Source: a virus
Virus record (IMG/VR): IMGVR_UViG_3300046318_000188
Span: 1-64,000 of that record
Strand: one strand, 5' to 3'
Length of the DNA stretch: 64,000 bases
Part shown: piece after piece, positions 32,865 to 43,176 of the stretch
Layout of the letters: each line of letters opens with the position of its first letter
How positions within the stretch are numbered: the first letter of the stretch is position 1
Made by a program: the position numbers and the translations under genes
Notes under the pieces: model-generated
Database searches by the model: none
What the model saw: the letters and a program-made list of their open reading frames with translations, nothing else
What the model was told of the DNA's origin: nothing

Positions 32865-34350
32865 TTTAATAATATCCAAAAAAGATGAAGTATATGTAAA
32901 GATAACCTGTGAGAAATCAATCGCAAAAGAGTTATCGGAGTTTTTCACATTCTTTGTTCCTGGTTATCAGTTTGTTCCGGCATTTAGAAACAGAGTTTGG
33001 GATGGAAAGATAAGACTCCTGAATTTACAGAGTTCCACTTTATATCGAGGACTTCTGTATTATGTGGAACAGTTCTGTAAAGAAAGAGGTTACACATTTG
33101 AGTATCAAGATGGAGTAGATACAGAAGATGAATACTCCAAATATCATGCAGAAAAGTTTATTAAAGAATTGGACATTCACGGCCGTGGAGAACCAATCGA
33201 AGTAAGAGAACATCAAATTGCGGCATACATTCATGCTATGCAAAAAAAGAGAGCCTTGTTGGTATCACCAACCGCATCAGGTAAATCTCTTATCATCTAT
33301 CTACTCTTTCAACAGTTATACAAATATCAAAATTTAAAAGGACTTGTAATTGTTCCAACCACATCTTTGGTTGAACAGTTATATTCCGACTTTGCCGATT
33401 ATAACAATGAAAATATGGAACCATTTCTTCATCGTATCTATCAAGGTAAAGAAAAAGACACAGACAAACCGTTGACAATATCCACTTGGCAGTCTTTGTA
33501 TAAAATGCCAAAAGAATATTTTGAACAGTTTGATTATATTATTGGTGACGAAGCACACCTATTCAAAGCACAATCTCTTACCACCATTCTTACCTCATGT
33601 ATCAATGCCAAGTATAGATTTGGATTGACAGGTACTTTAGATGGAACTAAAACACATAAACTGGTACTCGAAGGTTTGTTTGGTCCAGTTAAGAAAGTAA
33701 TTACCACAAAAGAACTGATAGACAAAGGTCAAGTATCCAATTTTGATATTAAATGTTTGTGCCTTAAACATGATGATAAGATATCTAAATTAATTAAAGA
33801 AAAAGCGACATACCAAGAAGAAATTGCTTATCTGATTTCCTGTGAGGCAAGAAATAAATTCATTAAGAATCTGGCGGTTAGCTTAGGTAAAAATACTTTG
33901 GTGTTGTACCAAATGGTTGACAAACATGGCAAAATACTGTATGATATGATTAAGAACACCAAGAACATTGGTGATAGAAAAATCTTCTTTGTGCATGGTG
34001 GAGTTGATGCTAATGATAGAGAAGAAATAAGAAGAATTATGGAGATTGAACAAGATGCAATTGTCGTTGCTAGTTTTGGCACTTTTAGTACTGGTATTAA
34101 TATTAGGAATTTGCATAACATTATATTTGCAATGCCAACTAAATCGAGCATACGAACTTTGCAATCAATTGGACGAGGCTTACGACAGAGTGAAGGCAAA
34201 GAAATTGCCACTCTCTACGACATCTCGGATGACCTCAGAGTAGGTAAACATATGAATCACACTTTAAAACATTTCGTGGAGAGGGTTCGTATATATACTG
34301 AGGAGAAGTTCCCATTTAAAATCTATAAGATAGGACTAAAAAATGGATAA
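32851..34350 (+). CDS. uvsW: SF2 helicase UvsW (start uncertain)
   Basis: WDGKIRL; SPTASGKS; DEAH; QSIGRGLR. Confidence 0.95.
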   Translation: MADSNLIISKKDEVYVKITCEKSIAKELSEFFTFFVPGYQFVPAFRNRVWDGKIRLLNLQSSTLYRGLLYYVEQFCKERGYTFEYQDGVDTEDEYSKYHAEKFIKELDIHGRGEPIEVREHQIAAYIHAMQKKRALLVSPTASGKSLIIYLLFQQLYKYQNLKGLVIVPTTSLVEQLYSDFADYNNENMEPFLHRIYQGKEKDTDKPLTISTWQSLYKMPKEYFEQFDYIIGDEAHLFKAQSLTTILTSCINAKYRFGLTGTLDGTKTHKLVLEGLFGPVKKVITTKELIDKGQVSNFDIKCLCLKHDDKISKLIKEKATYQEEIAYLISCEARNKFIKNLAVSLGKNTLVLYQMVDKHGKILYDMIKNTKNIGDRKIFFVHGGVDANDREEIRRIMEIEQDAIVVASFGTFSTGINIRNLHNIIFAMPTKSSIRTLQSIGRGLRQSEGKEIATLYDISDDLRVGKHMNHTLKHFVERVRIYTEEKFPFKIYKIGLKNG

Positions 34351-34720
34351 TATTAAAATAGTCAGATTAAAGAATGGTGAAGATATTGTTGGTCAATTAA
34401 CCAATGTCGATGATTCATACGATGTTGTTGAACCTATGACCGTGGATGTAGAGTATCGTGGTAAAGAACCTGGATTGGTAATGCGTCATTGGTTACCTAT
34501 TCAATTGGTAAAGTATAATGAGATTACTATTAAACAAACGGATGTTCTTTGTGTTTTGGAACCTTCAGAAGATTTTGCTGAGTATTATATGAATACTGTG
34601 GAAAAAGTTCACGACTTGCTTAAGGCAAGAAACCTCGTAGACGAACTTGATGATGATGAAGTAAATGATATTATGGATGCTTTAGATGAATTACAACAAC
34701 AAGGGAATACATTACATTAA
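34343..34720 (+). CDS. Conserved hypothetical (Sm-like fold) protein
   Basis: IVRLKNGEDIVG pattern. Confidence 0.6.
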   Translation: MDNIKIVRLKNGEDIVGQLTNVDDSYDVVEPMTVDVEYRGKEPGLVMRHWLPIQLVKYNEITIKQTDVLCVLEPSEDFAEYYMNTVEKVHDLLKARNLVDELDDDEVNDIMDALDELQQQGNTLH

Positions 34721-34795
34721 TGGTTCCTTATATTACTTTCAACCAAGGACATACTCGACTATACACACTTGTCAAGCATATGTCAACAACTAATT

Positions 34796-35362
34796 ATGGT
34801 AAATATGATAACACCTACTCCTAAACCTCCTAAGAAACCTAAACAGTATGTTAATAATGGTGACTTTCTTGCTGCCTTGATTGACTACAAAGAAAAGTGT
34901 AAAGAGAATAAGAAGAACAAAGTAGAACCTCCTCCTATTCCTAATTACATTGGTGAGTGTTTTATGAAGATAGCAGAAGGTTTATCACACAAACCTAACT
35001 TCATTAACTATACCTATCGTGACGAAATGATATCGGATGGTATTGAAAACTGTATAATGTATTTCAATAACTTTAATCCAGAGAAGTCTAAAAACCCATT
35101 TGCTTACTTTACTCAAATCATTTACTATGCCTTTTTACGAAGAATACAAAAGGAAAAGAAACAGACTTATGTTAAGTACAAAGCCACAGAGATGATTGGT
35201 ATTCTTGATGAGTTTGAAATGCTTGAATTTGAAGATGGTACCACCAAACAGTTTGAACTCTATGATAACATTGGTGAATTTATTGAGAATTATGAAGAAG
35301 CTAAAGCAGCCAAAAAAGTGGTAAAGAAACCCAAAGGTATTGAAAAGTTCTTAGGAGAATGA
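34796..35362 (+). CDS. gp55: Late sigma factor gp55 (start uncertain)
   Basis: YVNN; PNFINYTYRDEMISDG; NPFAYFTQI. Confidence 0.95.
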   Translation: MVNMITPTPKPPKKPKQYVNNGDFLAALIDYKEKCKENKKNKVEPPPIPNYIGECFMKIAEGLSHKPNFINYTYRDEMISDGIENCIMYFNNFNPEKSKNPFAYFTQIIYYAFLRRIQKEKKQTYVKYKATEMIGILDEFEMLEFEDGTTKQFELYDNIGEFIENYEEAKAAKKVVKKPKGIEKFLGE

Positions 35363-35366
35363 TATA

Positions 35367-35585
35367 ATGAGAGAAGCATTTAAAGTATTATTGTTTTTAG
35401 CTATATGTTTTATTGTGATTAAGGATGTGAATCAGTATGTAAATTATAGGCTTGATTCACAACTATATGAAATTATGGCTAAAAAATATAACTGTACATT
35501 TTTAACCCCTTCAGCCAGCAGAGCCGATGTTGGTATGTTTGACTGTGAAGGAAAGATTACATTTAAGAAATTAGAATCTGAATAA
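35367..35585 (+). CDS. Small membrane-anchored hypothetical protein
   Basis: N-terminal hydrophobic helix; RBS. Confidence 0.55.
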   Translation: MREAFKVLLFLAICFIVIKDVNQYVNYRLDSQLYEIMAKKYNCTFLTPSASRADVGMFDCEGKITFKKLESE

Positions 35586-35710
35586 AATGTATCGAGTGCA
35601 CTATTATAATACATCAGGAGAACTAAGAGAAAAAGATTTAGAATCTCTTGATGGTGTGTGGCAATTTGTTAATAAGTTACCAAAAGAATCAGTATCGGAA
35701 ATACAACATT

Positions 35711-36781
35711 ATGAAAATAGCGATAATTACAGACCAACATTTTGGGGCGAGGAATGATTCAATTCATTTCTTAGATTATTATGAAAAGTTCTACAAAGAT
35801 ACATTCTTTCCAACTATTGATAGCCACAATATTACTACTGTGCTTATTCTCGGTGATACTTTCGACCGTAGAAAATATGTAAACTTTTATTCCTTGAAAC
35901 GAACCAAGGAAATGTTTTTTGATGAGTTGGCCAAACGTGGTATTAAAGTACATATGTTGGCAGGTAATCATGATACTTATTTCAAAAATACCAATGATGT
36001 TAATTCGGTAGACCTATTGCTCCGTGAATATGATAACATTAATGTCATCGATAAACCCACAACAATCAATTTAGATAATATTCCAATCTGTATGATTCCA
36101 TGGATTTGTCCAGAGAATTATGGCGATTGTTTAAAAGAGATGGAAGATACAAACGCTGACCTTTGTATGGGTCATTTTGAAATTGCCGGATTTGCCATGC
36201 ATCGTGGTATGCCATCACTTGAAGGATTAAATCGTGATATCTTTAGACGCTTTGACCGTGTTTTCAGCGGTCATTACCATCATCGTTCTAGCTCTGATAA
36301 CATCACATACCTTGGAAATCCTTACGAACTCACCTGGCAAGATTATAATGATCCAAGGGGCTTTCATATTTTTGACCTTGACACTTATGATAATGAGTTC
36401 AATCCTAATCCTAATGTAATGTTCCACAGAGTTATCTATGATGACCGTGAAGAATCTATTACAGAAATTAATAATAAAGATTTAAGCAAGTATACCAATA
36501 CCTATGTTAAGGTTGTGGTAGTCAACAAAACTAATCCTTATCTGTTTGATAAGTTCATGAACCATTTATATGAAGTTAATCCAATCGATATTACCATTGC
36601 CGAAGATATGGTGGACTTGACAGAAGGTGTAGAAAATGATATGATTAATGAAGCTGAAGATACTATCACGATTATTAATAAATTTGTGGATGGTATTCAA
36701 GAAGAACATATTGATAATGATAAACTCAAAACAGTATTAAAAGAACTGTATGTTGAGGCACTTAACCTAGAACAGGCATGA
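35711..36781 (+). CDS. gp47: Recombination nuclease gp47 (Mre11/SbcD-like)
   Basis: TDQHFG; GDTFD; GNHD; SGHYH. Confidence 0.95.
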   Translation: MKIAIITDQHFGARNDSIHFLDYYEKFYKDTFFPTIDSHNITTVLILGDTFDRRKYVNFYSLKRTKEMFFDELAKRGIKVHMLAGNHDTYFKNTNDVNSVDLLLREYDNINVIDKPTTINLDNIPICMIPWICPENYGDCLKEMEDTNADLCMGHFEIAGFAMHRGMPSLEGLNRDIFRRFDRVFSGHYHHRSSSDNITYLGNPYELTWQDYNDPRGFHIFDLDTYDNEFNPNPNVMFHRVIYDDREESITEINNKDLSKYTNTYVKVVVVNKTNPYLFDKFMNHLYEVNPIDITIAEDMVDLTEGVENDMINEAEDTITIINKFVDGIQEEHIDNDKLKTVLKELYVEALNLEQA

Positions 36782-38493
36782 TTATATTCCAAAAGGTTCG
36801 TTGGAAGAATTTTCTTTCAACCGGGAACGCATTTACAGAAATTGATTTTCAAAGGTCACCAAACACACTCATCATTGGACATAATGGTGCAGGTAAATCC
36901 ACAATATTGGATGCCTTGTGTTTTGGTCTTTTTGGTAAACCATTTCGTAAGATTAACAAACCACAATTACTTAACTCCATCAATCAACAGGCCGCTGTTG
37001 TGGAGATTGAATTTGCAATTGGTAAAAAAGAATATAAAGTAATTCGTGGTATTAAACCAAACACATTTGAAGTTTATCTTGGAGATAAGTTACTTGACCA
37101 AGATGCCAAAGCAAAAGATTATCAAGAGTTCTTAGAGAAGTTTATTCTCAAATTAAATTATAAGTCATTTACTCAAGTTGTTATTTTAGGTTCAGCATCA
37201 TTTGTTCCATTTATGCAACTATCTCCGGCAGACCGTAGAGCAATCATTGAGGACCTACTAGACATTGGTATTTTCTCCTCAATGAATGGATTAGTTAAAG
37301 AGAAGATGTCTGAGATTAAAGACCTCAATACAAAAACCAAGTATGAAGTAGATTTGACCAATGAACGAATTAGTTTTCAAAAGCAAAGTATTGAAGAACA
37401 TAAGAATCGGTCTGATGCAGAGATTACAAAGAAACGAAAAGAGATTGCCGATTCTGTTGACCAAGTATTTACATTGGAAAGAGATATTGAATTAATCCAA
37501 AAACATATTGATGTATTACAAAGCAAAATTTCTGACCATATGTCGGTACAAAAGAAAAGTGCCAAACTATTACAGTTAGAAGCTAAGTTGGAATCTCGTA
37601 TTAAAAAGATTGATAAAGAGGTAACATTTTATGAAGAACACTCCGATTGTCCAACCTGTAAACAAGGAATTGGAGAAGAATTCCGAACTGGACAAGTTAC
37701 TACTCTCAATGGGACTAGGGGAGAAGTCACTACAGCCTTATCAGATATCGCTACTCAAATTGCTACAACAAGCAAACGATTCGAAGAAATTCAAAATGGT
37801 CTTAAACACATCACGGCACATAACAACGAGGTCGTCAAGCATAATTCAACAATATCTGCAATTAACAAATTCACTACAAAACTCCAAAGAGAAGTAGAAG
37901 AACTTCAAAACCATAAAGATACTTCTGAAGAAGATAATGAGAAGTTAAAAGAATTGCGGGAGCAGTTATCCGCACTCAGTACCAAGATGGAACAACTAGC
38001 AACCGAGAAACAATATTATGAATTTGCTGGTTCTTTACTGAAGGATACTGGTATCAAAACAAAGATTATTCGTCAGTACTTACCTATTATGAATAAGTTA
38101 ATTAATAAGTATTTGTCTGCAATGGACTTCTTTGTGAATTTTAATATTAATGAGAACTTTGAAGAAACAATTAAATCTCGACACCGTGATGAATTTGGTT
38201 ATGCCAATTTCTCTGAGGGTGAGAAGATGCGTATCGACTTGGCTTTGTTATTTACATGGCGACAGATTGCTAAGTTAAAGAATAGTACCAATACCAATTT
38301 ATTAATTTTGGATGAGGTGTTTGATTCCAGTTTAGATACTGTTGGTACAGAGGAGTTCTTGAAGTTGATTCATGAAATGGGAACAGATACAAATGTGTTT
38401 GTTATCTCACATAAAGGTGACCAATTGTTTGATAAGTTTAGGTCAATTATTAAATTTAAAAAGGTAAACAATTTTAGTCAGGTTGAAAAATGA
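36778..38493 (+). CDS. gp46: Recombination ATPase gp46 (Rad50/SbcC-like)
   Basis: GHNGAGKS; CPTC hook; FSEGEKMR; LDEVFD. Confidence 0.96.
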   Translation: MIIFQKVRWKNFLSTGNAFTEIDFQRSPNTLIIGHNGAGKSTILDALCFGLFGKPFRKINKPQLLNSINQQAAVVEIEFAIGKKEYKVIRGIKPNTFEVYLGDKLLDQDAKAKDYQEFLEKFILKLNYKSFTQVVILGSASFVPFMQLSPADRRAIIEDLLDIGIFSSMNGLVKEKMSEIKDLNTKTKYEVDLTNERISFQKQSIEEHKNRSDAEITKKRKEIADSVDQVFTLERDIELIQKHIDVLQSKISDHMSVQKKSAKLLQLEAKLESRIKKIDKEVTFYEEHSDCPTCKQGIGEEFRTGQVTTLNGTRGEVTTALSDIATQIATTSKRFEEIQNGLKHITAHNNEVVKHNSTISAINKFTTKLQREVEELQNHKDTSEEDNEKLKELREQLSALSTKMEQLATEKQYYEFAGSLLKDTGIKTKIIRQYLPIMNKLINKYLSAMDFFVNFNINENFEETIKSRHRDEFGYANFSEGEKMRIDLALLFTWRQIAKLKNSTNTNLLILDEVFDSSLDTVGTEEFLKLIHEMGTDTNVFVISHKGDQLFDKFRSIIKFKKVNNFSQVEK

Positions 38494-39059
38494 GTGAATT
38501 TATTACAATCAATACCACAGAAGCGGTAAAAGAAACTCCCAAGATTAGGCAAGAAACAATATTGCCTTTGGTACCAGAAAATCATACATTACTATCACAG
38601 GTAATGCCTCAATGGGACTTTAAAAATCCTCCGATGAATCCAATAGAACTGGCATCAAACCTTGTTGATACTTGCCGTAAAAACCACGGTTATGGATTAT
38701 CTGCCAATCAATGTGGATTACCATATCGTGTATTCGTAATGGGATATGACCAAGAGTTTGTGGCATTTTTTAATCCAAAGATTATTTCCACGGAAGGTGA
38801 ATGTCACATGATAGAAGGATGTTTATCTTTTCCATTTTTGGCATTAAGGATTACCAGACCAGAAATCATTAATGTGGAATACCAAGATTATGAAGGTAAT
38901 ACCAAAACATCTAAGTTTGCCGGTATTTCCGCAAGATGTTTTCAACATGAGCTTGACCATATGAATGGTATCGTGTATACTAGTAAAGTTAAACCTATGG
39001 CTATGCAAATGGGTATGCAGAAACGAAATAAAATTTTAAAGAAATTGAAACTTAAATAA
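38490..39059 (+). CDS. def: Peptide deformylase
   Basis: GLSANQCG, EGCLS, QHELDH. Confidence 0.93.
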   Translation: MSEFITINTTEAVKETPKIRQETILPLVPENHTLLSQVMPQWDFKNPPMNPIELASNLVDTCRKNHGYGLSANQCGLPYRVFVMGYDQEFVAFFNPKIISTEGECHMIEGCLSFPFLALRITRPEIINVEYQDYEGNTKTSKFAGISARCFQHELDHMNGIVYTSKVKPMAMQMGMQKRNKILKKLKLK

Positions 39060-40324
39060 TGGCAACTCCAATTGAATTTGTAGAAGAACAATGGGAAAAA
39101 TGGTCAGAATCCAACCCTCCTTCTAAATTTGAACATATCGATGAAGGTCATATGAAAGAAGTCCTTATCAAGGATTTAACATATGCTTCACAAATGGATG
39201 TTCGTGAATATACTCTATACCAAAAATGGTGTGAAGTGAAAGAGAGATATCCTGTACATGAAGTTTCTACACTATTCGGACAAGATGTTCAGATGGTGGA
39301 TCCCGAACAAAGAAAATTGGTTGACAAGGTTAAGAAAAACTTTTGGATGCCAGAAAGTCCAGATGATTATGAGAAATTGAAACCTGTTATGGTTCTTTCA
39401 AATGGTACTGGTGCTGAAACTTGGAATGCCGTTCGTACCTTTTCTTCCACTATGAAGAACAATAGTAACATTGGCCGTAATCTGTTTTACATTCTTACCG
39501 ATGAAGTAACTGGCAAATATCTTGGAGTTATTTGTATCTCCTCAGACTTCCTGGACTTGACTCCAAGAGATAATGCAATAGGATGGTCGAGAGATATTAA
39601 AACACAGCAGCACATGATTAATCATACTGCAATTGGATCCACAATCGTTCCTCTACAACCACTCGGTTTTAATTACATGGGTGGTAAGTTATTGGCATTA
39701 ATGTGTTTATCTGATACAGTTCAGAAAGATTGGAAGCGACAATATGGTGATACATTGGTTGGAGTTACTACTACTTCTCTTTATGGCAATACTAAGTCTG
39801 GCGGTCTATCTCAATATGATGGACTAGAACATTGGAATAAAATGGGATTCTCCTCAGGTTCTGTGGCATTTGAACCGAGTAGAGCAACCAAAAAATTAGT
39901 ATTTGATTGGATTAAAGAGAATCACACTCGCAAATATTTTGAATGGTGGGAAGCAAAGAATCAACAAGGCCTTCCACTTAAGCGTGACCATAAAAATCGT
40001 TCTTTGAATTTTGCTTATTCTAAACTTGGTATTCCAAAAGAATTAATTCGTACAGAACATCAGCGTGGTATCTATTTTAGTCCGTTATACAATAACACTA
40101 ATGAATTTCTCCGTAAAGAAATTACAGATGAGCAGTTGGTAAAATCATTTGATACCAGCGAAGAAGCTTTATCTACTATTTGGAAAACAAAATATGCCAA
40201 AGGTAGAATCCGTCAATTACAGAAAAAGAATAATGTTTCATATGAAACTCTTTTCTATGACGATTTAATTGAATTATCTTGGGAAGAAACCAAGGCAAAG
40301 TATTTGCCACAAGTTGGCAGATAA
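39059..40324 (+). CDS. DUF4338 / Druantia DruA-like protein
   Basis: P.GFNYMGGKLLAL and TTTSLYG..SQY resemble DruA-family motifs (recognised by eye). Confidence 0.55.
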   Translation: MATPIEFVEEQWEKWSESNPPSKFEHIDEGHMKEVLIKDLTYASQMDVREYTLYQKWCEVKERYPVHEVSTLFGQDVQMVDPEQRKLVDKVKKNFWMPESPDDYEKLKPVMVLSNGTGAETWNAVRTFSSTMKNNSNIGRNLFYILTDEVTGKYLGVICISSDFLDLTPRDNAIGWSRDIKTQQHMINHTAIGSTIVPLQPLGFNYMGGKLLALMCLSDTVQKDWKRQYGDTLVGVTTTSLYGNTKSGGLSQYDGLEHWNKMGFSSGSVAFEPSRATKKLVFDWIKENHTRKYFEWWEAKNQQGLPLKRDHKNRSLNFAYSKLGIPKELIRTEHQRGIYFSPLYNNTNEFLRKEITDEQLVKSFDTSEEALSTIWKTKYAKGRIRQLQKKNNVSYETLFYDDLIELSWEETKAKYLPQVGR

Positions 40325-40345
40325 TCAAGTATACCACACGAATAC

Positions 40346-40375
40346 TTGACAAACACACCTAGATAATGATATGAT
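40346..40375 (+). promoter_or_regulatory. Sigma70-type promoter
   Basis: TTGACA-18-TATGAT. Confidence 0.55.
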
Positions 40376-40428
40376 GTGTCCACTTGCATAACGCAAGGTT
40401 TTTTATTAACTTACTATGGAGTTTTACT

Positions 40429-40701
40429 ATGAAGAAGCAATTATCCGCTAAGCAAAAAATGTTGGCAACTTTGAAGAAATCAGAAGGTTACAATACTTTC
40501 ACAACTGCTCAAGCACAAAGCCGTTTCGGCATCACCAATGTTTCTGCTCGTATTGATGAATTGCGCCAAGAAGGCCATGTAATCTATACCAATAAACGCA
40601 CCCTAGAAGATGGTCGTAAGATTACTTACTACCGTATGGGAACACCAACTAAATCATTGGTACAAAAAGCACTCAAAGCTGGTTATTCATTTACTGCCTA
40701 A
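40429..40701 (+). CDS. Winged HTH DNA-binding protein
   Basis: FGITNVSARIDELRQEGHVI. Confidence 0.7.
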   Translation: MKKQLSAKQKMLATLKKSEGYNTFTTAQAQSRFGITNVSARIDELRQEGHVIYTNKRTLEDGRKITYYRMGTPTKSLVQKALKAGYSFTA

Positions 40702-40713
40702 TCTGTGTGTAGT

Positions 40714-40750
40714 AAGAGGGGTTCGCTGAGAGGCGATACTCCTCTTTTTT
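40714..40750 (+). terminator. Probable intrinsic terminator
   Basis: AAGAGGGG...CTCCTCTT stem + T run. Confidence 0.55.
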
Positions 40751-40771
40751 ATTATTATTTTCGGAGAACAA

Positions 40772-41590
40772 ATGGAAATCACAATCAAAAAAGAAGAGCT
40801 ACAAAAGAAAAGCCTATTTGTTGCCACACCCATGTATGGTGGTGTAAACCACGGACTATACATGAAAGCTTGTTTAGATTTACAAGCAATTTGTATGGCA
40901 TACAATGTTCAAATCAAATTCTCATTCCTGTTTAATGAGTCCCTAATTACACGAGCAAGAAACTACCTTGCTGATGAGTTCATCCATCGTTCTGACTGCA
41001 CTCATATGCTGTTCTTAGATTCTGATGTTCATTTCAATCCACAAGATGTTATTGCTTTATTGGCCATGGACAAAGATGTATCTGGCGGTCCTTATCCAAA
41101 GAAAGCAATCAAATGGAAATCTGTTATCAAAGCAGTACAAAAGAATCCAGATATTGATGCCGGACAATTAGAAAAAGTTACTGGTGATTATGTGTTTAAT
41201 CCTGTTAAAGGTACAGCACAATTCTCCGTTACTGAACCCCTACAAGTTTTAGAAATTGGTACCGGCTTCATGATGATTAAGCGTGAAGTGTTTACCAAAA
41301 TGGCTGAAGCTTATCCCACAATTCGTTATAAACCTGACCATGTAGGCCAAGCAAACTTTGACGGCTCACGATATATTCATGCTTACTTTGATACAGTTAT
41401 TGACACTAAAGATTCAATTGTTGGTGGTGGTTCTGACCGTTACCTTTCAGAAGATTATATGTTCTGTCAAATGTGGCGTAAGATTGGTGGAGATATCTAC
41501 CTTTGCCCATGGATGAAAACATCACACATTGGTACATATCACTTCCAAGGAGATATGCCAGCTGTTGCTAATTTTGTCGGAGAAATGTAA
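40772..41590 (+). CDS. GT-A fold glycosyltransferase-like protein
   Basis: ESLITRARN; LFLDSD; GTGFM; LSEDYMFC. Confidence 0.7.
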   Translation: MEITIKKEELQKKSLFVATPMYGGVNHGLYMKACLDLQAICMAYNVQIKFSFLFNESLITRARNYLADEFIHRSDCTHMLFLDSDVHFNPQDVIALLAMDKDVSGGPYPKKAIKWKSVIKAVQKNPDIDAGQLEKVTGDYVFNPVKGTAQFSVTEPLQVLEIGTGFMMIKREVFTKMAEAYPTIRYKPDHVGQANFDGSRYIHAYFDTVIDTKDSIVGGGSDRYLSEDYMFCQMWRKIGGDIYLCPWMKTSHIGTYHFQGDMPAVANFVGEM

Positions 41591-41991
41591 TGTCAAATTT
41601 TGTTATGTCCGAATTGACCGAAAAAGAAAGAGCAATTGATAAATTGGTTTCAGAAGCACCTTATCATCCTGGTTATGAAGATGCAGCAATGGCGCCAAAA
41701 GAAGTTGGCCGTAAATTTGATGGTGGCAAACTAGAATATGGTTTGTTACCACCACTAGCATTAGAAGAAACAGTTAAAGTATTAACTTTTGGTGCTCAGA
41801 AATATGAAAGAGATAATTGGCAAAAAGTACCTGATGCCAAACGTAGGTATTTTGATGCGTTACAACGGCATGTTTGGGCATGGAAACAAGGTGAACAGAT
41901 TGACCAAGAATCTGGTATACATCACTTGGCACACGCAATGTGCTGCTTGATGTTTCTGTATGAACATGATATAATGTATTCTAAGTCGTAA
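41590..41991 (+). CDS. dATP/dGTP diphosphohydrolase-domain protein (DUF5664-like)
   Basis: KFDGGKLEYGLLPP..GAQKY..DNW..D.ESGIHHLAHA. Confidence 0.8.
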   Translation: MSNFVMSELTEKERAIDKLVSEAPYHPGYEDAAMAPKEVGRKFDGGKLEYGLLPPLALEETVKVLTFGAQKYERDNWQKVPDAKRRYFDALQRHVWAWKQGEQIDQESGIHHLAHAMCCLMFLYEHDIMYSKS

Positions 41992-42014
41992 ATTTTTACA
42001 TAATGGAGAAATAA

Positions 42015-42686
42015 ATGAAGTTATCAAATGAAACCCTAACAGTATTGAAGAACTTTTCCTCAATCAATCAAGGCCTTCAATTTAAACAAGGCAAAAGACT
42101 TACTACTGTTTCGGCTAGTAAGACGGTACTTGCTCAAGCAAATCTTAGTGATGAATTTCCAAAAGAATTCTGTATCTATGATTTAAATCAATTCTTGTCT
42201 GTTTACAATCTTAATAAAGATCCAGAACTTGATTTTACCGATTCTGATGTTGTCTTTAATAGTGGCAAAAAGAAAACAAACTATCGTATGACCGCACCTG
42301 ATATGATTGTTGTTCCACCAAATAAAGAAATTACATTACCTTCTGTTGATTGTGAATTTACTTTATCGGCTGAAGATTATGATTCCATTATGAAAGCGGC
42401 TTCGGTTCTTTCTTCACCACATATTGGTGTAAGGTCTGATGGTGAATCCGTTGAAATTGTTACCTTTGATGCCAATGATAATTCAGCACACACAAACTCA
42501 ACACAAGTTGGTGAAGGCAATGGTAAAAAGTATACAGTTGTTTTTAAAACTGAAAACATCAAGTTAATTCCTGGCAGTTATACAGTACAAATCTCATTTA
42601 AGGGTATTGGACATTTCCAAAATACTAAAGAAGATATTCAGTATTGGATTGCCTTTGAAGCCAAAGAATCGAAAGTGAGTGAATAA
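42015..42686 (+). CDS. gp45: Sliding clamp gp45
   Basis: MKLSNETLTVLKNFSSIN; IYDLNQFL. Confidence 0.95.
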   Translation: MKLSNETLTVLKNFSSINQGLQFKQGKRLTTVSASKTVLAQANLSDEFPKEFCIYDLNQFLSVYNLNKDPELDFTDSDVVFNSGKKKTNYRMTAPDMIVVPPNKEITLPSVDCEFTLSAEDYDSIMKAASVLSSPHIGVRSDGESVEIVTFDANDNSAHTNSTQVGEGNGKKYTVVFKTENIKLIPGSYTVQISFKGIGHFQNTKEDIQYWIAFEAKESKVSE

Positions 42687-42871
42687 TGTTTTTAAAATTT
42701 ACAGAAACAAAATCAAATACAGTAATTGTTATTAATTTAAAACACATCGTAGCGGCATTTGAAGCAGCTGATGGTGAATTTGAAGGTAAGACTATTATCA
42801 ATTTGGTAAACGGTGCAGTAGCTGTTGAAGAATCTTTAGTTACGGTCATGGGCCAATTGGCGGCAGCATAA
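42686..42871 (+). CDS. Small hypothetical protein
   Basis: TAATG coupling. Confidence 0.55.
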   Translation: MFLKFTETKSNTVIVINLKHIVAAFEAADGEFEGKTIINLVNGAVAVEESLVTVMGQLAAA

Positions 42872-42872
42872 T

Positions 42873-43151
42873 ATGGCGACTGAAATTCAAACACTATACG
42901 GAACATACAATGAGGAACAATTAAAGGCACTCAAGTCTGTAATTGATGAAATCAATGTATCTCAGACCAAGATTGATTTTGAGAAACAGGTACAAAAAGA
43001 AATCATTGATGTTGCATTTGATAACTTTAAGATTCCAAAAAAGATTATTGCTAGAATGGCAAAAGTCAAATACAAACAAAACTTCTCAACGGAAGTTGCA
43101 GAACAGAAAGAGTTTGAAGCTCTATTTGAAGTTCTTAGTGAAGTAAAGTAA
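42873..43151 (+). CDS. T4 DsbA-like dsDNA-binding protein
   Basis: IPKKIIARMAKVKYKQNF pattern. Confidence 0.6.
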   Translation: MATEIQTLYGTYNEEQLKALKSVIDEINVSQTKIDFEKQVQKEIIDVAFDNFKIPKKIIARMAKVKYKQNFSTEVAEQKEFEALFEVLSEVK

Positions 43152-43176
43152 GTATTATATTATATTATGGGAGTAT

